Assembly: GCA_910579085.1 (NCBI GenBank)
Contig: CAJTRU010000001.1
Span: 1,421 to 65,420, forward strand
Direction of reading: 5' to 3'
DNA: 64,000 nucleotides
Origin: an uncultured Lachnospiraceae bacterium
GTDB lineage: Bacteria > Bacillota > Clostridia > Lachnospirales > Lachnospiraceae
Made by a program: the position numbers and the translations under genes. Positions 20,684-30,352 of this stretch are shown here, in pieces (position 1 is the first letter of the stretch; each line of letters begins with the position of its first letter). Under the pieces are notes generated by a model. That model worked only from the letters and a program-made list of their open reading frames with translations, made no database searches and was not told the DNA's origin.

Positions 20684-21994
20684 CTACTTCTCCATAAGCC
20701 AGAATGAAGCTGAATATGGTGGAAGTTCACTTCCACCCCCGAAGTCATGAGGCTTTCCTGTAATTAAATCTTCTGCCATGCCACACCCAGCATCAAAATG
20801 TGCTACATATGGCTGGTTAGAAGCATTAATTGCTACAAGAACCCTTTCCCCCTCACAAGCACGTTCAAATATGCACTGGTGGTTTGTAAGGACAATATTA
20901 CGGTAATTGCCATAATTTAAAGCCTTGCTGCCTTTTTTTGCCTTGGCAAGTTTAGAAATCCACTCTGCCAGCTCCCCAAATACAGGTTCTTCAAAACATG
21001 CACGTAATGCAGGGTCCCCTTCACTCTTAGCAGCTTTAGCACCCCATTCACTTCCATAATATACACATGGAATTCCAGGCATACCAAAATTAAGGGCATA
21101 AATTAATGGAAGATGTTTTTCATCTGCCAGGTTACTTGCAATACGGCTTACATCATGGTTGTCCACAAAACTTAACAAATGCATACCCTTATAAAGAGTC
21201 CATTCCTCTGGACCATACTGCCTTGCAAGTGAATGGCATATTTCAAACATATTCATGCTATTAAAACTTGAATACAGCCCTTTGTAACACTCATAATTAG
21301 TAACAGAATGGCACATCTCATTATTTGCCCACTGTTTATAATCGCCATGCAGGGTTTCACCTACAATAAAAAATTCCTCTTTAAGTGAGTCTGTAAACTG
21401 CCTCAGCCTTTTTAAGAAATCCTTGTCAAGACAGTATGCCACGTCAAGGCGCAGGCCATCAATATCAAACTCACTAACCCAGCTACGGACCGCATCAAAA
21501 ATATGTTGTACAACTTCTTCATTACGGAGGTTCAGTTTTACAAGGTCATAATTGCCTTCCCATCCCTCATACCACAAGCCATCATTATAATTTGAATTGC
21601 CGCCAAAATTAATATGGAACCAGTCACGGTATTTTGAGCCTTCCCTGTTAGCAAGTACATCCTGGAACGCCCAGAACCCGCGTCCAACATGGTTAAAGAC
21701 ACCATCAAGCACAACCTTTATGCCTTCCTTGTGAAGTTCCTGGCAAACTTTTGCAAAATCATCATTATTTCCAAGCCTGCAGTCAATCTTTTTAAAATCC
21801 CTTGTGTTATAGCCATGTGTATCAGACTCAAACACAGGTGAAAAATATATAGCATCAGCCCCCAGTTTCACAATATGTGGAATCCAGTCAATAACCTTTA
21901 AAATACGAGGCTTTTCCTCTCCATCATTTTCAAATGGTGCTCCACAAAATCCCAATGGGTAAATCTGATAAAATACACTTTCGTATGCCCACAT
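20684..21994 (-). CDS. GH13 alpha-amylase-family glycoside hydrolase (intracellular, no signal peptide seen)
   Basis: The 436-aa ORF has an AGGAGGG RBS. GH13 conserved regions are present (DGVFNHVG, GLRLDVAY, FIVGE, FVDNHD). Confidence 0.88.
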   Translation of the reverse strand: MWAYESVFYQIYPLGFCGAPFENDGEEKPRILKVIDWIPHIVKLGADAIYFSPVFESDTHGYNTRDFKKIDCRLGNNDDFAKVCQELHKEGIKVVLDGVFNHVGRGFWAFQDVLANREGSKYRDWFHINFGGNSNYNDGLWYEGWEGNYDLVKLNLRNEEVVQHIFDAVRSWVSEFDIDGLRLDVAYCLDKDFLKRLRQFTDSLKEEFFIVGETLHGDYKQWANNEMCHSVTNYECYKGLYSSFNSMNMFEICHSLARQYGPEEWTLYKGMHLLSFVDNHDVSRIASNLADEKHLPLIYALNFGMPGIPCVYYGSEWGAKAAKSEGDPALRACFEEPVFGELAEWISKLAKAKKGSKALNYGNYRNIVLTNHQCIFERACEGERVLVAINASNQPYVAHFDAGCGMAEDLITGKPHDFGGGSELPPYSASFWLMEK

Positions 21995-22087
21995 AATATT
22001 GCCCTCCTTTTTTGTAAATTATCTGTATCTGTCTTAGTATACCGCAAATTCCAGTATACATCAATGCATTATTATACATCGCATACA

Positions 22088-22322
22088 TCCGTTTCATAAA
22101 AATATGGAATAATTTACAATAAAACACAAGATAACTAGATAACTGTAAACAGGGTGCTGGGAATTATTCTGCTAGTCACTTATTAAACAGTGTAATATCC
22201 AATACTTTCATATTATAATATATTAATACTAAAATAATATTACTGTACTTCCATATGTCTGAACCCCCTCCCCACACCAGAAACCCTGCATCCGTCCTCC
22301 AATAAAAGATAACTGGAAATTA
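22088..22322 (-). repeat. composite repeat with module B copy 3 (reverse orientation) and terminal blocks
   Basis: It carries CCGTTTCATAAA at 22088-22100, the reverse-complemented 21-mer at 22164-22184, and AAGATAACTGGAAATTATC near 22303-22322. It lies upstream of the GH13 gene. Confidence 0.7.
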
Positions 22323-22454
22323 TCTTAATAAAACATTTTTTTATTTAAAAGAATAATTTCATCCATCATGCAAATAATATAGATGTTACACGACAACATT
22401 GTGGCACACCCACAAAATATTATTATTTGTGCAAAGCACAGAAAAGAGGTTATT

Positions 22455-22646
22455 ATGTCTAAAAATTCAACTTACTCAAACAACACAAACAGCTCTAACA
22501 ACAGCCAGAACACAAGCTCAAATTATTCTAACACATCTGGCAGCAATAAAAGTTCTAATAAATCAAGCAATGCTAATAACTGCGGCAAAAATGCCAATAA
22601 CACAAGCAGTAACAAGAGTTCTAACTCTTCAAACCAGAGCAGATAA
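22455..22646 (+). CDS. small Asn/Ser-rich low-complexity protein (63 aa), function unknown
   Basis: An ATG with an AAGAGG RBS 6 nt upstream opens MSKNSTYSNNTNSSNNSQNTSSNYSNTSGSNKSSNKSSNANNCGKNANNTSSNKSSNSSNQSR. A strong terminator follows. Confidence 0.6.
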   Translation: MSKNSTYSNNTNSSNNSQNTSSNYSNTSGSNKSSNKSSNANNCGKNANNTSSNKSSNSSNQSR

Positions 22647-22712
22647 GTTTTAACTTATTATTGTACAACCTTTTATAATAAATTATTAAATTTTTATTAA
22701 TAATTTTATTAG

Positions 22713-22749
22713 AGTGGCAGTACCTTGTGTACTGCCACTGTCGTTTTTT
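22713..22749 (+). terminator. rho-independent terminator
   Basis: An 11-bp perfect stem (AGTGGCAGTAC pairing with GTACTGCCACT) has a 5-nt loop and is followed by GTCGTTTTTT. Confidence 0.85.
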
Positions 22750-22796
22750 ATATTCCTGCATAAAATATATTAATAATTTTTGCCAGGAGAATGCCT

Positions 22797-23165
22797 ATGA
22801 CGCTGAAAATTATTTCACCTGGAGATTTAGAAAATTACATTAACAATTATAATACTATATTGATAGATTTACGTGACAAAGCAGATTATAAACAGGAACA
22901 TATACCAGGGGCAGTCTGGGCTGACTGGGAAGAATTGGATAAAAATATTGGAAAACTGCTTATGTCCTATAACAAGAAACCAGACTGGATTATACTGTAT
23001 TGTGAAAGAGGCAATATAAGCCTTCTGGCATCAAGAGACCTTGCAAGACTTGGATATCCTGTAATCAGCCTTAATGGAGGCTATGTCCGCTGGCAGGAAT
23101 GGTCACAGAAAAAAAATAAATACCATGCCAGATATGGTAATACCAGAAAACCATATATAGAGTAA
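22797..23165 (+). CDS. rhodanese-like domain protein
   Basis: The active-site loop YCERGNIS lies within a rhodanese fold pattern. I prefer the second ATG (22797) because AGGAGA abuts the first ATG at 22791. Confidence 0.8.
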   Translation: MTLKIISPGDLENYINNYNTILIDLRDKADYKQEHIPGAVWADWEELDKNIGKLLMSYNKKPDWIILYCERGNISLLASRDLARLGYPVISLNGGYVRWQEWSQKKNKYHARYGNTRKPYIE

Positions 23166-23242
23166 CTGCACTATCTTATATCAGCAAAACTCATGATATA
23201 TGTAAAAAACTGCCAGCAGGCAAAACCTGATGGCAGTTTTCT

Positions 23243-25267
23243 TTATATTTTATATTCTACAAATCTTACATTACGTGTCTTATAACCATAACCATTATCA
23301 ATTATATAATCCTTTGTACTTCTGATACTGTGGCTGTCATCACTTTCCTGCCCATAGCTTGTTGTATGCTTTGCAGATTTGTCATATGCATGGAACACCG
23401 CAGATTTATTTATTCCATCTATAGTGATATCATACAAAGTAGATGGAAAATAAATATTCTTTATATTTATTCCACCTATGAAACCAGTATAATAAGATAT
23501 TTCATCTGGTTCATTGCCTCCATATAAATATACAGTCTTAATACCCTCTTTAAAGGTAATGTTTTTAAGAGAAGCGCACCCTGCAACATGTACTGCAACA
23601 CTTTTTAAGGAAGATGGCAGCGTAAGCCCTGTAAGGTATTTTGCACCAGAAAATGCATCAGGGTTTATAGATTGTACACCATCTGGTATCTTAAATGAAC
23701 CTTTCTTTGCATGTGGATAAGCATAAATCTTTGTCATATCATAGTTATAAAGAACACCATCTGATGATTTAAAATATTTATTACCCTTATCAACTGTTAT
23801 CTTTTTAAGGTTTGCTGCAACATCATTGCACCCGCCAACATAAAATGCGCCCCACCCGTAGAAATAACCATAATCCGATAAACGTACTACATAATTAATA
23901 ATTGCATCTACATTGCGTACTGATGGTGGTATCTTATATTTATTCTTTTTGCCCGGGAATACTTCTATAGCTTCTATAGCTTTATCATATAAAACACCCA
24001 TATATGATGCAAAATATTTATTTTCCTCTGGAACAATTATCCTTCTAAAGTTATTCTTGCATCTTTTATTAACTATGAACTGTGTATTTTTATGTATTTT
24101 TAAAGATTTTTTTGCAAATGGCATAAGCCACATTACTTTATAGTCATAAGAATAAAGTGCACCATTATAAATTTTAAAGTGTTTGTTTCCATTTCCTAAT
24201 GTTATTTTTTTCAGGCCTGGAATATCATATACCGCATCATATGTATACCCTCTGTTATCATACAATGTGTCATATGTATTTTCTTTAATGCTGTCCTCAT
24301 ATTTAATGGTGTCCTCATAATTTTTCTCAAAACCGGTATCAACAATTTCCAGACTTGCAGGCAGGTTTAATACTTCCAGTGACGTACAACCACAAAGCCA
24401 TTTAAGCCGGAATTCCGTAATATTTTCATTTAAAGCCAGTCTTTTAAGGTTATGGCAATACTGAAATGCTTCTTCATTTATTGCAATAACTTTATCTGGC
24501 AATTTATAATCTCCTTTTTTAAGGCCAGGATAATTTATCAGTTCCCGCATATTTTTAGTATAAAGAACACCATCAACTGTCTTATAATATTCATTCTTTG
24601 CCCCAACATAAAGCTCTGCACCACAATTATAAAAACTGCCATATACCGATATAAGTGAACTGCCAAGGTTTAATTTCTTTAATTTAATACAATTTTTAAA
24701 CGTAGAACCAGATATTTCTGTTAATTCAGCGCTGTTATCTACAGTTTTTAATTCCATGCAGCCTGAAAAGCACTTTTCTCCAAGTTCTTTTACGGAAGAA
24801 GGTATATTAATAGTATTTATACTACTATTTTCAAAGGCACTTTCACCAATCTTTTTAAGCCCTTTATTTAAAACAACCTTTTTAAGATACCTGCTGCCAG
24901 CAAATGCATGGCGTCCAATAGTTTTTACTGTACCAGGCACTTTAAAATAAGACCTTTTACTGTAAGATGGGTAATATATCAGTTCTGTCATTTTTTTATT
25001 ATATAAAACCCCATTCTTTGAAGTTAAATATTTATTTTTCTTAGACACATTAATTTTTGTAATATTTGCCTTCCAGTCCGAAGCATAGACCTTTTCAATG
25101 CCTGTCACATCTGCATCAATAAAAAGGCTTCCTGTCCCTGTAATCCTAAAAATCTCACCTGTTTTACGGGACTCTGTATAAACTTTTGCATCTGCTTTTT
25201 CTGGAATAATAACCAAAATTAAAAATACTGCAATTAAAATAAATAATTTATAACCTGCTCTTTTCAT
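23243..25267 (-). CDS. secreted/cell-surface leucine-rich-repeat protein (BspA-like LRR)
   Basis: The 674-aa ORF has an N-terminal signal-like segment (KLFILIAVFLILVIIPEKADA). It contains many repeats of the pattern I.IP.SV..IG..AF..C..L.. Confidence 0.8.
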   Translation of the reverse strand: MKRAGYKLFILIAVFLILVIIPEKADAKVYTESRKTGEIFRITGTGSLFIDADVTGIEKVYASDWKANITKINVSKKNKYLTSKNGVLYNKKMTELIYYPSYSKRSYFKVPGTVKTIGRHAFAGSRYLKKVVLNKGLKKIGESAFENSSINTINIPSSVKELGEKCFSGCMELKTVDNSAELTEISGSTFKNCIKLKKLNLGSSLISVYGSFYNCGAELYVGAKNEYYKTVDGVLYTKNMRELINYPGLKKGDYKLPDKVIAINEEAFQYCHNLKRLALNENITEFRLKWLCGCTSLEVLNLPASLEIVDTGFEKNYEDTIKYEDSIKENTYDTLYDNRGYTYDAVYDIPGLKKITLGNGNKHFKIYNGALYSYDYKVMWLMPFAKKSLKIHKNTQFIVNKRCKNNFRRIIVPEENKYFASYMGVLYDKAIEAIEVFPGKKNKYKIPPSVRNVDAIINYVVRLSDYGYFYGWGAFYVGGCNDVAANLKKITVDKGNKYFKSSDGVLYNYDMTKIYAYPHAKKGSFKIPDGVQSINPDAFSGAKYLTGLTLPSSLKSVAVHVAGCASLKNITFKEGIKTVYLYGGNEPDEISYYTGFIGGINIKNIYFPSTLYDITIDGINKSAVFHAYDKSAKHTTSYGQESDDSHSIRSTKDYIIDNGYGYKTRNVRFVEYKI

Positions 25268-25304
25268 TAAATTACCTCTAAATTATAACTATCTTTATGA
25301 AAAT

Positions 25305-25995
25305 ATAATTGTTTGTTAACACTAAATGAGCAACCACCAGTTCAACTGGTGATTTGCTCATATTCCCCCAAAGCGGCTGTATTACTGCACACCCTAAAGG
25401 GTGTTGTCACAAGCACTGTCACTGGTCCACTTACAAAGCTGTACTTCTTGAATCCTCTTTACATGATTCTTCAGCCTGTTCTTTTATATATTTCTGTACT
25501 GCTTCATCAGTGAATATTACCAACTGTTTCTACATAATATCCCTTGCCCAGAACGCTTTGTCCCATTTACTCTGCAATTCTGGGTGTCTGCCATATATCA
25601 TTAATGTACTTTTTCCTTTTAAATACCCAATAAAATTTGAAATACTTATCTTTGGCGGAATTGCTATATTAAGATGTATATGGTCTGTACATACTGCCCC
25701 TGCTATAATTTCTACACCTTTGTACCTGCATAATGTACTGATGGTTTCTCTTGCATCTTCTCTCACCTTTCCTATAATGCCTTCTTATGGTACTTTGAAA
25801 TAAATACAATATGATACTGGCATTTCCAGCGTGTATGTGTTAAACTTTTATTGTCCATATGGACCACCTTCTGTGTTATAATTTCAGGATTTGGCTTGCG
25901 ATACCACTCCCATTATAACACAGGAGCTTTTCAATTAATATCCTTATCGTTTCCACTTACACTAATCACCCTAGCATAGCTGGAGCGATTAGGCT
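25305..25995 (-). mobile_element. decayed IS200-type insertion sequence (IS200/IS605 family)
   Basis: It contains a disrupted Y1 (HUH) transposase gene. Hairpins flank it: CACCAGTTGAACTGGTG and CACCCTAAAGGGTG at the low-coordinate end, and CTGTGTTATAAT...ATTATAACACAG over the RBS region at the other end. Boundaries are approximate. Confidence 0.7.
25431..25858 (-). pseudogene. tnpA: IS200 tnpA (Y1 HUH transposase) with multiple frame disruptions
   Basis: The N-terminus MDNKSLTHTRWKCQYHIVFISKYHKKAL runs into TAG at 25772-25774. A second frame continues REDARETIS...CTDHIHLNIAIPPK...FWAR. The expected GYYVETVGNI segment is out of frame near 25530-25545 before ...DEAVQKYIKEQAEES resumes. Confidence 0.8.
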
Positions 25996-26039
25996 TTACA
26001 TTTAAATATTAAAAATTTATCAAATAAAAATTTTAATAT

Positions 26040-27143
26040 TCATTTAGAAAAATCCATACATATATGACTATTAAAACACTGGTACATAGCATATATAATT
26101 AATATCTTTAAATTCCCAAGAACTGCTGCAAGGTCACTTTCTTTTATAAATTCAATTTTAAAACCTGTTTCAACAAAAAATTCTATACTAACCTGCTCCT
26201 TTAATGCCCTTTCTTTAAAATCTGTCAGAATAGAATTTAAAAAAACATTAGTACATATTATTTCTCTTTCTCCTCTTATAAATTCTACTTCTAAATCTGA
26301 TAAAACCTGTTTAATTTTTTCAATCTGGTTATTATCTGCATAAATCCCTATCTGTCTTAAATAATAGTTTATATTATGAAAAAGTTCCTGGTATTTTTCA
26401 CTAATGTTTTCCACTGTATTATAATATTTTTTCTTTTCCTCATATTTTGTTTTATTTACCTCATGTACTATTTGCTGTTCTTTAAATTTACTATACTTGC
26501 TAAATATATAAAACAAACTTACATTTTCTAAAACTGAAAGCATATAAAAAGCAATAAATATTAAATCTATTAATGTATACTCTCTGCTATCCTCTATTAT
26601 ATAAGGAATTACAAACATAATGCCAAATGCAGCAATAGATACTATTATATAATTTACAAATAATTTTAAATCCAGTTTTTCAGTTGAATACTTTGAAAAC
26701 TGTTTGGCTATAGAAAGAAATATAAAATAGACCAGTTCGCTAGTAAACATTGTAATAACCATAAAAAATTCATTTTCAAGTGCCTGGTTCGTTGGAACAT
26801 CAGCCGAAAATTGCATTAAAAACCATAATATAATTTCTGAACCACCACCTATAAAAATTACTATTGCACAACGGACTATTCTGAACCATAAATTGCCTGT
26901 AAATAATATAAGTACAATTGACAAACATAGCACTACTGCAAATATCAAATTAAGCTTATTATTATACTGTATATTAACTATTACATTTATTGCAACAAAA
27001 TATATATAACACAGAAAAAACCTTACTTTGGGCTGGAAACAGTGCCTTATTTCATGAAATGCACCATAGAAATCCAGCATAAAATATATTTCAAACATAC
27101 AAGATGCTATTAAACATAAATTATAAATTATTGTATATCCCAT
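26040..27143 (-). CDS. AgrC/LytS-like membrane sensor histidine kinase, C-terminally truncated (ATPase domain missing)
   Basis: About six N-terminal TM segments are followed by a dimerisation/His region. The ORF stops just after DLAAVLGNL, where the N-box (GNLLDNA) should continue. No G1/G2 boxes appear in any frame before the IS200 remnant. Confidence 0.6.
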   Translation of the reverse strand: MGYTIIYNLCLIASCMFEIYFMLDFYGAFHEIRHCFQPKVRFFLCYIYFVAINVIVNIQYNNKLNLIFAVVLCLSIVLILFTGNLWFRIVRCAIVIFIGGGSEIILWFLMQFSADVPTNQALENEFFMVITMFTSELVYFIFLSIAKQFSKYSTEKLDLKLFVNYIIVSIAAFGIMFVIPYIIEDSREYTLIDLIFIAFYMLSVLENVSLFYIFSKYSKFKEQQIVHEVNKTKYEEKKKYYNTVENISEKYQELFHNINYYLRQIGIYADNNQIEKIKQVLSDLEVEFIRGEREIICTNVFLNSILTDFKERALKEQVSIEFFVETGFKIEFIKESDLAAVLGNLKILIIYAMYQCFNSHICMDFSK

Positions 27144-27892
27144 CTTAAGTTCTCCCTATATTTCTGTTTTATGTATCTTGTAAATTCTTTTGAGAACTGC
27201 TCTGCCTTTCCTCTGGCGGCTGGTACTATTTTTCCATCCAGTTCCAGGAATTCTTTCCGCATATTAAATGCAGAGATATAATGCATATTAACTAGATAAC
27301 TGTTGTGCGGACACGCAAATCCTACGTAGTACAGCATTTCCTGTAATTCTTTGAAATTATATGGGGTAATAAGTTTTGCATCTGGGTATTCTCTGCTGCG
27401 TTCTTTGTTTAAATGGATAATGCTTCCTTTTTTATGGTGTGTAAAGTATACAATATCTGATGTCTGTAAAATTACTTTTTCCCTGTTATATGAAGCTTCC
27501 ATTGTAAAACAGGTTTTCATCCTGTCCATCTCTTCAAATATTTCACATATATCTTTATACAAGCTGTCCCTTCCTGCTTGTTTTAGCAAATACCTGTATG
27601 GTGAAATTTTAATTGTTTCTGGTGTTGGCATATATACACCAGAATATTGTACCAATATTCCTTGGTATCTTCTCTTTTTAAGCTGGACTGCTATGTCATT
27701 TCCATCTGTCCCTCCTAATTGTATATCCAGAAATAAAACATCACTGTCCATTGTCAGATTATTTAATAAATCTTCACCAGAATAATACCTGGTAAATTCA
27801 AGCTCTCTTTTATTTTTATTACACTCTTTTATAAGCTCTTCAAGTTCTTTAACAAAAACGGCATCATCATCACAAATTAAGATTTTATACAT
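27128..27892 (-). CDS. LytR/AlgR-family response regulator (receiver plus LytTR DNA-binding domain)
   Basis: The 254-aa ORF has a GGAGGA RBS. It shows the receiver motif MYKILICDDD...DVLFLDIQL and a C-terminal LytTR-like region. It overlaps the kinase gene by 16 nt. Confidence 0.85.
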   Translation of the reverse strand: MYKILICDDDAVFVKELEELIKECNKNKRELEFTRYYSGEDLLNNLTMDSDVLFLDIQLGGTDGNDIAVQLKKRRYQGILVQYSGVYMPTPETIKISPYRYLLKQAGRDSLYKDICEIFEEMDRMKTCFTMEASYNREKVILQTSDIVYFTHHKKGSIIHLNKERSREYPDAKLITPYNFKELQEMLYYVGFACPHNSYLVNMHYISAFNMRKEFLELDGKIVPAARGKAEQFSKEFTRYIKQKYRENLRWDIQ

Positions 27893-28225
27893 CTGCTTTA
27901 TCCTCCATGTATTTTACGTATATATAATTACTTGTAGCACTGGCTTTAAACTGCTGTACAAGTATAAACATTCTATGTTTAAAATTATATACTATAATTA
28001 TACAATTTGCAATCTATTTAAATACTGCGTTATATAAAACCGCATACAGTAAAAAATATTATATATATTATTACAGTATATACTATATAGAATTACATAA
28101 TTAATATGTACATGAAAGCTGTCTAAAACTGTAATTGGAAAAGACTGGATAAATAGCTGGATAATTTTTATATTATTTGATAGAATATATTCTATGGCGC
28201 AATATCAAAAGAACGGAGGTTACAT

Positions 28226-29278
28226 ATGTATAATGAAATTTCATTTATATTCAGCCAGATGGGTTATGAACCTGTGAAATTAAATGTTGCAGAACCACAT
28301 GTAAATATTAAACTGGTTAATATTGACATGTCTGCTGGCACTGAAGGATATGTCGTAGTTACATTGGATGAAACCTCTGGCATAAGATATACAGAAGAAC
28401 AGTTCAGGCATATTTCCCAGCAGATACGGGATTTTCTTGTGCATAAGGGATGTATGCTGTACCATTTCCTGTATATTTTTATTAGTGACAATGGCACACC
28501 ACCCTTTAAACTCCAGGATGCCGGGGAATGTTTATGGCGTATAACTCCTTCTGGCAGGCAGCTTATAATATATGGAAATGCTCTTCCGATGTATATGGGG
28601 CTTAAAAAACCAATAGAAGATTTTCTTATGCCTGGCAATTTATCTGGTAATATTGCACATAATCCAGCAGGTAATTGCAGACAGTATAATTATACGGCGG
28701 ATAATAATATTTTAGCAGCACGTGTAAACCTCGCCATTGTTATTATTAATGTCTTTATATTTATATTGTCAGATTTAATAAACCCGGCTGGCAACGGAAT
28801 GTCCATGCTTGACAAAGGTGCGCTTTCATGGGACTCCGTTATTAACGGACATGAGTATTACAGGATATTTACATGCATGTTCCTTCATGCAGGGCCAAGC
28901 CATATATTTAATAATATGCTTGTGCTTTTATTTATTGGGAGCTATGTTGAACAGTATGCTGGCAGGATAAAATACTTAATTATCTATTTTTCATCAGGGA
29001 TTATTGCAGGGTGTGCTTCAATGGTTTATAATATGCTGAGGTATGATTACACACAGTCTGTTGGTGCATCAGGGGCAATATTTGGTTTAATGGGTTCTTT
29101 GTTATGTATAATACTTATAAGCCAGCATTATAAAGAGCTTGGCCTGCGGCGTGTTTTATTTATGATATTATTAAGCCTTTATGGCGGCATTACAAGCCAG
29201 GGAGTTGACAATGCTGCACATATTGGCGGGTTTATTGGCGGGTTTTTAACCACCCTGCTTATACCAGGCAGGAAATAA
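28226..29278 (+). CDS. rhomboid-family intramembrane serine protease with an N-terminal cytoplasmic extension
   Basis: The 350-aa product carries GASGAIFGLMG (catalytic Ser motif) and AHIGGFIGG (catalytic His) in a multi-TM C-terminal half. Confidence 0.85.
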   Translation: MYNEISFIFSQMGYEPVKLNVAEPHVNIKLVNIDMSAGTEGYVVVTLDETSGIRYTEEQFRHISQQIRDFLVHKGCMLYHFLYIFISDNGTPPFKLQDAGECLWRITPSGRQLIIYGNALPMYMGLKKPIEDFLMPGNLSGNIAHNPAGNCRQYNYTADNNILAARVNLAIVIINVFIFILSDLINPAGNGMSMLDKGALSWDSVINGHEYYRIFTCMFLHAGPSHIFNNMLVLLFIGSYVEQYAGRIKYLIIYFSSGIIAGCASMVYNMLRYDYTQSVGASGAIFGLMGSLLCIILISQHYKELGLRRVLFMILLSLYGGITSQGVDNAAHIGGFIGGFLTTLLIPGRK

Positions 29279-29326
29279 CCATGCCCTGTTTACTGTTAAT
29301 TCCAGGAGAAAGGCAGGAACGAATTA

Positions 29327-30325
29327 ATGACTAATGTAAATATTTATTATGGCGGCAGGGGGCTTATTGAAGACCCTTCAAACTTTGTAATAAGTAAATT
29401 AATCCAGGTTCTTGAAGAATTAAATATACAGGTAAAAAAATATAATTTATACGAAGATATCCGCGGAATTTCTGTACTCCCAACAACTCTAAAAGATGCA
29501 GATGCCATAATATTGGCTGCTTCTATAGAATGGCTTGGAATAGGAGGGCTGCTCCAGCAGTTTCTTGACTCATGCTGGCTTTATGGGGATAAGGAGACAA
29601 TTAAGCGGCTTTATATGATGCCTGTTGCCATATCTACAACCTATGGTGAGAAAGAGGCTTATATTACACTTGTTAAAGCATGGGAAATCCTTGGTGGCAA
29701 GATATGTGATGGTATATCTGCGTATGTCAGTAATAATATAGATTTTGAAACAAATTCTGATTATGCTGCACTTATAGAGAAAAAGGCTGAAAATTTTTAC
29801 AGGGCTTTTTCCAAAAAGATTATATCATTTCCGTCAAGCACTGATGCTGTACTGGACAATGTTGCACAGCCTAAGTCTATAAGCCTTACGCCACAGGAAA
29901 GCGAGCAGCTTTCAATGTATGTATCTAATGATAAATATGTAAAAAAACAAAAGGCTGATATTAAAGAACTTTCACAGATGTTCAGAGGTATGATGGGTGA
30001 CTCTTCCCCTCATGACAAAGGCCCTTATATTGAAACACTTGAAAACCATTTCCACCCTGTACCAGGTGTTGCACTTTCATTTATTATAGAAATTGCTGAT
30101 AAAGGCAGCACGCTTGTAATTGAAACAGATAATACTACATTAAACTGTTACTATGGTGAAAAGGATAATCCTGACATTATATTAAAAACAACTTCAAATG
30201 TTATGGATAAAATAGTTTCAGGGAAAAATACTTTACAAAGCACCTTTATGACAGGTGAACTTACAGCCAGGGGGGATTTTAAGATACTAAGGATATTTGA
30301 CTCGCTTTTCCAGTTCCAGAGGTAA
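29327..30325 (+). CDS. flavodoxin-like fold protein fused to a C-terminal SCP2 sterol-carrier-like domain
   Basis: The 332-aa product has an N-terminal half resembling NAD(P)H-dependent FMN reductase or flavodoxin-like proteins. Its C-terminus LQSTFMTGELTARGDFKILRIFDSLF is SCP2-like. The assignment is from memory. Confidence 0.55.
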   Translation: MTNVNIYYGGRGLIEDPSNFVISKLIQVLEELNIQVKKYNLYEDIRGISVLPTTLKDADAIILAASIEWLGIGGLLQQFLDSCWLYGDKETIKRLYMMPVAISTTYGEKEAYITLVKAWEILGGKICDGISAYVSNNIDFETNSDYAALIEKKAENFYRAFSKKIISFPSSTDAVLDNVAQPKSISLTPQESEQLSMYVSNDKYVKKQKADIKELSQMFRGMMGDSSPHDKGPYIETLENHFHPVPGVALSFIIEIADKGSTLVIETDNTTLNCYYGEKDNPDIILKTTSNVMDKIVSGKNTLQSTFMTGELTARGDFKILRIFDSLFQFQR

Positions 30326-30352
30326 AATTTATATAATTAATGGAGGTCTGAA

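Noticed and set aside
20379-22184. Possibility that the GH13 segment is an invertase-controlled invertible switch
   Set aside because: The window has no recombinase gene, and the segment (1.8 kb with a whole gene) is much larger than typical invertons. The inverted 21-mers are part of a dispersed repeat family. I kept this only as a low-probability idea under the 21-mer finding.
22399-22653. Alternative 84-aa frame overlapping the Asn/Ser-rich gene
   Set aside because: The low-complexity DNA keeps two frames open. Only the 22455 ATG has a well-spaced RBS, so the other frame is considered spurious, though I have not formally excluded it.
25354-25803. 149-aa plus-strand ORF
   Set aside because: It is antisense to the IS200 tnpA remnant. 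The minus-strand translation matches the transposase family, and this frame matches nothing I recognise.
28145-28164. Direct repeat CTGGATAA x2 (12-bp period) upstream of the rhomboid gene as a LytTR binding site
   Set aside because: The repeat is short and AT-rich, does not match the LytTR consensus spacing I remember, and has no second supporting feature.
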